A stretch of 64,000 nucleotides of DNA. It comes from Chara braunii. Taxonomy: Eukaryota > Plantae > Charophyceae. Below the pieces are notes generated by a model, which was not told the origin of the DNA, searched no databases, and saw only the letters and a list, made by a program, of their open reading frames with translations. Made by a program: the position numbers and the translations under genes. Positions 60,058-64,000 of the stretch are shown one piece after another. The stretch's first letter is position 1. Every line of letters begins with the position of its first letter. The DNA lies in the NCBI GenBank assembly GCA_003427395.1, contig BFEA01000003.1:4714266-4778265 (forward strand), written 5' to 3'.

Positions 60058-61640
60058 GTGTATGTGTGTGTGGTATGTTGTATTATGCATGTAACGTGAT
60101 AATGTTTGTGTGGAGATCAATATTCTATTATTGCATGTTTCTGGGGGGCAACGAGCATGAATACGTGAAATGTAATCATTTGCAATGCTTTTTAATTGTC
60201 AGTGGCAATGTCTCTTTGGTAGGGGACACACTTATAGTATCAAAGTGATCTGGGGTAAGTTTTGATTGCAGTTTAAGGAACACGAAGTGATCCGTGTGTG
60301 GCAAGTTGAATCACACACGTAAAATGTAAGGTTTGAAATGAGAAGTTTTTTTTGATATTATGACAAAATGAAATTAGTATAAGTGCCATTGGCATTGTTA
60401 TAATATCAAAATTGTGATCCGGGTGGTGACCGACTCATTTTAGGAATACAAATATTTATTTTATTTTATTTTTCTCAGCTAAGTGTAATTAGTAGCATTA
60501 CTATTGGAATGATTGCAACATCAGAACTGCGACGTGGGGTGGTGGCCTGTCACTTTCATTCACTCAAATCCTTTTTTTTAGTTATTATTATTTTGTGTAT
60601 TTCTTCTTTCCAGCAAGGTCGAATGATCGTTGTGTGTAGTGGTTATGTAGATAACAATAAATATACTGTGAAAGTGCAATCTTGTTAGGTTTCATGCTGT
60701 TTTGTTTTTCGGTTTCAAAGTGTGATCCAAGGATGTGTTTTCTGTGTCCAAACACACAACCATCACCATTACATGTAGGATGGATTCATGGTGCTAGCCA
60801 CAATCTTTGGTAATTAAAATATATACATATATATATATATATTGCTTTTGCTGCTTCTTTACATTTATCAGCAGCAACCACGTAAGCATCACTCTCTCAA
60901 TTAAAAACATGTAGAATTTGTTCATGCAAAGTGTTGTACGGATTGTCATGATAGAACCTTATTGCACAAGGCAGAAAAACATGTGGGGCAAACATTTGTT
61001 GCTATATATTATTTTCTCTTCGTGTAAATCGCTACTTGTTATGGTTGCCCATTATTTTTTCTTATGTTTCTTTTACGTACTCCTTATATTGGATGGATCG
61101 AGAACACACCAAGTATGATCATCAAAATACAAAACCATAAAATTTTCTTTTTCACATTTGTCATGTAGTATGGATGGAGAAGAAAATGGATTCCGACGAC
61201 GAAATGAAAACATTCATTTAAATCATTATTACCTTCATCTGTGTTGGGAAAATAAGAAAAACAAGTTATTCTCCTAATGTCCTCGAAGAGTTTTCGAGGT
61301 CCCAGAGGCTCAGGAAGATTAATGAAGTTCACTTTTATATTGCCCGCTCATGAAACCTAAAAAAAAAAAACAAGATACTTTGTGGACTGCAATGATGCCG
61401 GGCAGGGTAATTTAAGAAACCGTGCGCACAGTAATCTCCCACATAATGAATCTTATAGCTAAAACCACCAAACTGTCAACGTTGTTATTTTTTTTTTCTT
61501 ATTCTCATAAGTCCCTTGACACTGTTGACAGCGAGGCATGGTGTAATCTGTAATCTTCTCGAGTTGTGTTTCCTTGGAGGATTGTAAATGTGATCACACT
61601 AACGCTTAGAGGAATGTATCCAACCAATTTTACGTCCGAA

Positions 61641-61686
<46 letters not shown>

Positions 61687-62067
61687 AATCTGATGCCACA
61701 GGACTGATACATTCTCACTGAGGTTACACATACATTACTACCACTTCCAAGAATGTATACAAATGCATTTCATGGCCGACGCTTTGTTTGCTTGCCCCCC
61801 CTTGTTCTTTTGTGAGGGTTACAAACACAATTGTTTTTTTTTTTTTTTGTTTGTTTTTTTTGTGAGAATACGAGAAACGAAAATAGAGTGAGACCCTTAC
61901 TCGGCTAAACTCGGAGCGTCGTGAAATGTAAGCGCGACAAAAAAAGAATCGGGGGTACTAAAGGTTTAAAGCAGTGTGCATGTAATTGCGAGTGAACTCA
62001 CATAAGAATGTATCGAACAGACCAACACATTATTATTAACAGTGTTCACAAACGTCTGGGCGGCGCA

Positions 62068-62119
<52 letters not shown>

Positions 62120-62139
62120 TCTCTCTCTCCCCCTGCCCC

Positions 62140-63010
62140 TTAACAATCCAACACAAGCATCTGCGCATTTTGCTATGACCAGGCGACAAAGTGATGTCCT
62201 ATCTCCTGTTCGGACGGTTATGTTGCTCATGCACATGTTGTGCCACCTCCTCTCCCAAAGCATCACGCATAAGGCGGCATGCATGACGAAACAACTCAGT
62301 ATCAAAATCGTTTTCTTGAGGGCCACTATATGGGACCACCAACTATAGCAGGCTTGGATAACCATTATCCCAGGTTCTACTCTTTGGCTCAACGAGGGGG
62401 TCATCAACATGCGTGAGCGATGCACACTGCCTGGCCACCCCAAGTACACGTCATATATCTTCAAGTCCATGTCGACGATGACTTGTGCCACAATACAGAA
62501 CCGTCGATGACGATCACGGTAAGGTCTGGCCATTTCCCCATCCGACTTATCTATGAAAATATGGGTACAGTCGATCGCTTTGTAGCACCGAGGAAAACCC
62601 TTCATCCCGAAAGCAGCGAAATCCCTTTGCGGACGTTGGCCTGTGGGAAAACCGATCTCCTCAGGATATGCCCGAATGATGGTGATGGTGATGTAGCGCA
62701 CTACAGTCCTCCTGGTCTCAAGCCCTATCTGGAAAGAAGTCGCTGAATGTTCGTAGCTTGCGCTTGTCGCCCACCTGTACAAAGGCATATGCAACGAGTT
62801 TCTCTTGTGGTGTATGCGCCTTGTACCACATGTGTTGCCGCTGCAGGTATGGTTTCAGGTTCGCCATAATCCTGTGAAGGAATGCTTGTCTCATCCTGAT
62901 GTTGTTGAAGTGGTAGTCATCCGCCGCATCATCGCATCGCGTTATGTTATGCAATTCATCATCAACCCTTGACCAAACCCACCACGGGGCGTTCCATCTA
63001 TCACAACCAT
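62140..63010 (-). pseudogene. PIF/Harbinger DDE transposase (HARBI1/DDE_Tnp_4-like), disrupted
   Basis: PRWWV, FNNIRM, GFPRCYKAIDCTHI, YRDR, AQVIVD, GWPGSVH, then NGYP...LVVPY in another frame. Frameshifts and deletions. Confidence 0.9.
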
Positions 63011-64000
63011 GGCAGTAGCCATGCTCATGAATAACTAGTAGTCCGACACGGTGGGCTGCAACAATTTCGATGGACGAAATGCTGAAGGAGTATTGCCATC
63101 TGCCTTGCTATTGCCACTGTCTCTTCCCTGTTATGTGGCGATAATCGACCCTGCCACAACCAACCTCATCCACTGCCCGCAATCCTCCACCTCCCGCCAG
63201 GATCCCACCGAGGAGCAATTTACACTAGGGAGCACTGTTGGACCTGCCCCGCGCACCGGATGCAGATCCACACACTTCAACAGGGTTGTGCAGGCCGCTA
63301 GCCATAGAGATCGCCCGCTCTTGTACACACACGTGCGCTGTTAGGAGTTAGAGAGCGACCTAGGGATGTCAGACTCCACATATGCTAAAATTGGACGTTC
63401 GCGGGATGCTTCACGGACACCGTCCACCGCCTTCCGCTTCACCGGCCGGCAAGCGCCTTCTACGCCTCCCCCCCCCCCCCCCCACCCCTTAGTATTTGAA
63501 AAGTCGTGACAACGGTATTGGCGCCACCACTGAATAGCATCTCCGTTGTTGATCAAGCCCCAACATGCGGTCGTCGAATGTTGCTGCCCTTGCGTTTCAC
63601 CACAGGCGCTTCTGGAATTTGTTCCCCACCACCGAGCGGAGAAAACTTGTGTTGGGTCGTTCTTGGTGTCCCACGCCACTTCTGGTGGGTGGAGTTGGAG
63701 CCACCATGACAAAACTGCCCGTTGCCGCATAACACACATAAAACCCACACGGATTTCGTCAGGGCGTCCACGCAAGGGTCTTCACGCGTGCAATGCGGTG
63801 GCGAGGCTAGAAATGAAACGAAACAAAATGAAACGGTGATTTCGACATTCGCGAGGCCTCACGAGGCTTCCGATTGTTTTGTTTCGCTAGTTGTACCATT
63901 GGGGAGGCCCGTGGTCTCGCTCCAGTACTCACGACATGCTTAACAAAAAATATGGTGGCGTATCTTTCCATGTTGTGGCGCAATATTCATTCGCATTTTG

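Overview
A eukaryotic, transposon-dense window. The plant-type U6 sequence, PBS types and repeat style suggest a green plant or streptophyte alga such as Chara (inference only). Contents in order: (1) Element A, 1-22566 (+), is a large decayed Ty3/Gypsy LTR retrotransposon. It has a tRNA-Asp PBS, gag-protease joined to pol by an in-phase U-UUU-UUA -1 slippery site, and a second Gag-like ORF after integrase. Near its presumed 3' LTR start is a tRNA-like/U6-derived module, and further on an array of about 15 co-varying GGGU-tetraloop hairpins. (2) About 22.6-32.3 kb holds a decayed TE-type locus: a 15-bp CpG-rich tandem array and a broken long ORF with ParB-like, DNA-methyltransferase-fold-like and Ulp1 protease parts. 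(3) Element B, 32353-40005 (-), is a 3'-truncated Gypsy element with a Met PBS and a 316-bp LTR. (4) MITEs, a U6 retropseudogene with TSD, a long hairpin, and one intact intronless F-box/LRR gene (43295-44728, -). (5) AT-rich TE debris and a decayed PIF/Harbinger pair (Myb/SANT ORF plus DDE transposase), with a Nextera mate-pair adapter artefact at 60020-60057. All domain calls are motif recognition by eye; no searches were run.
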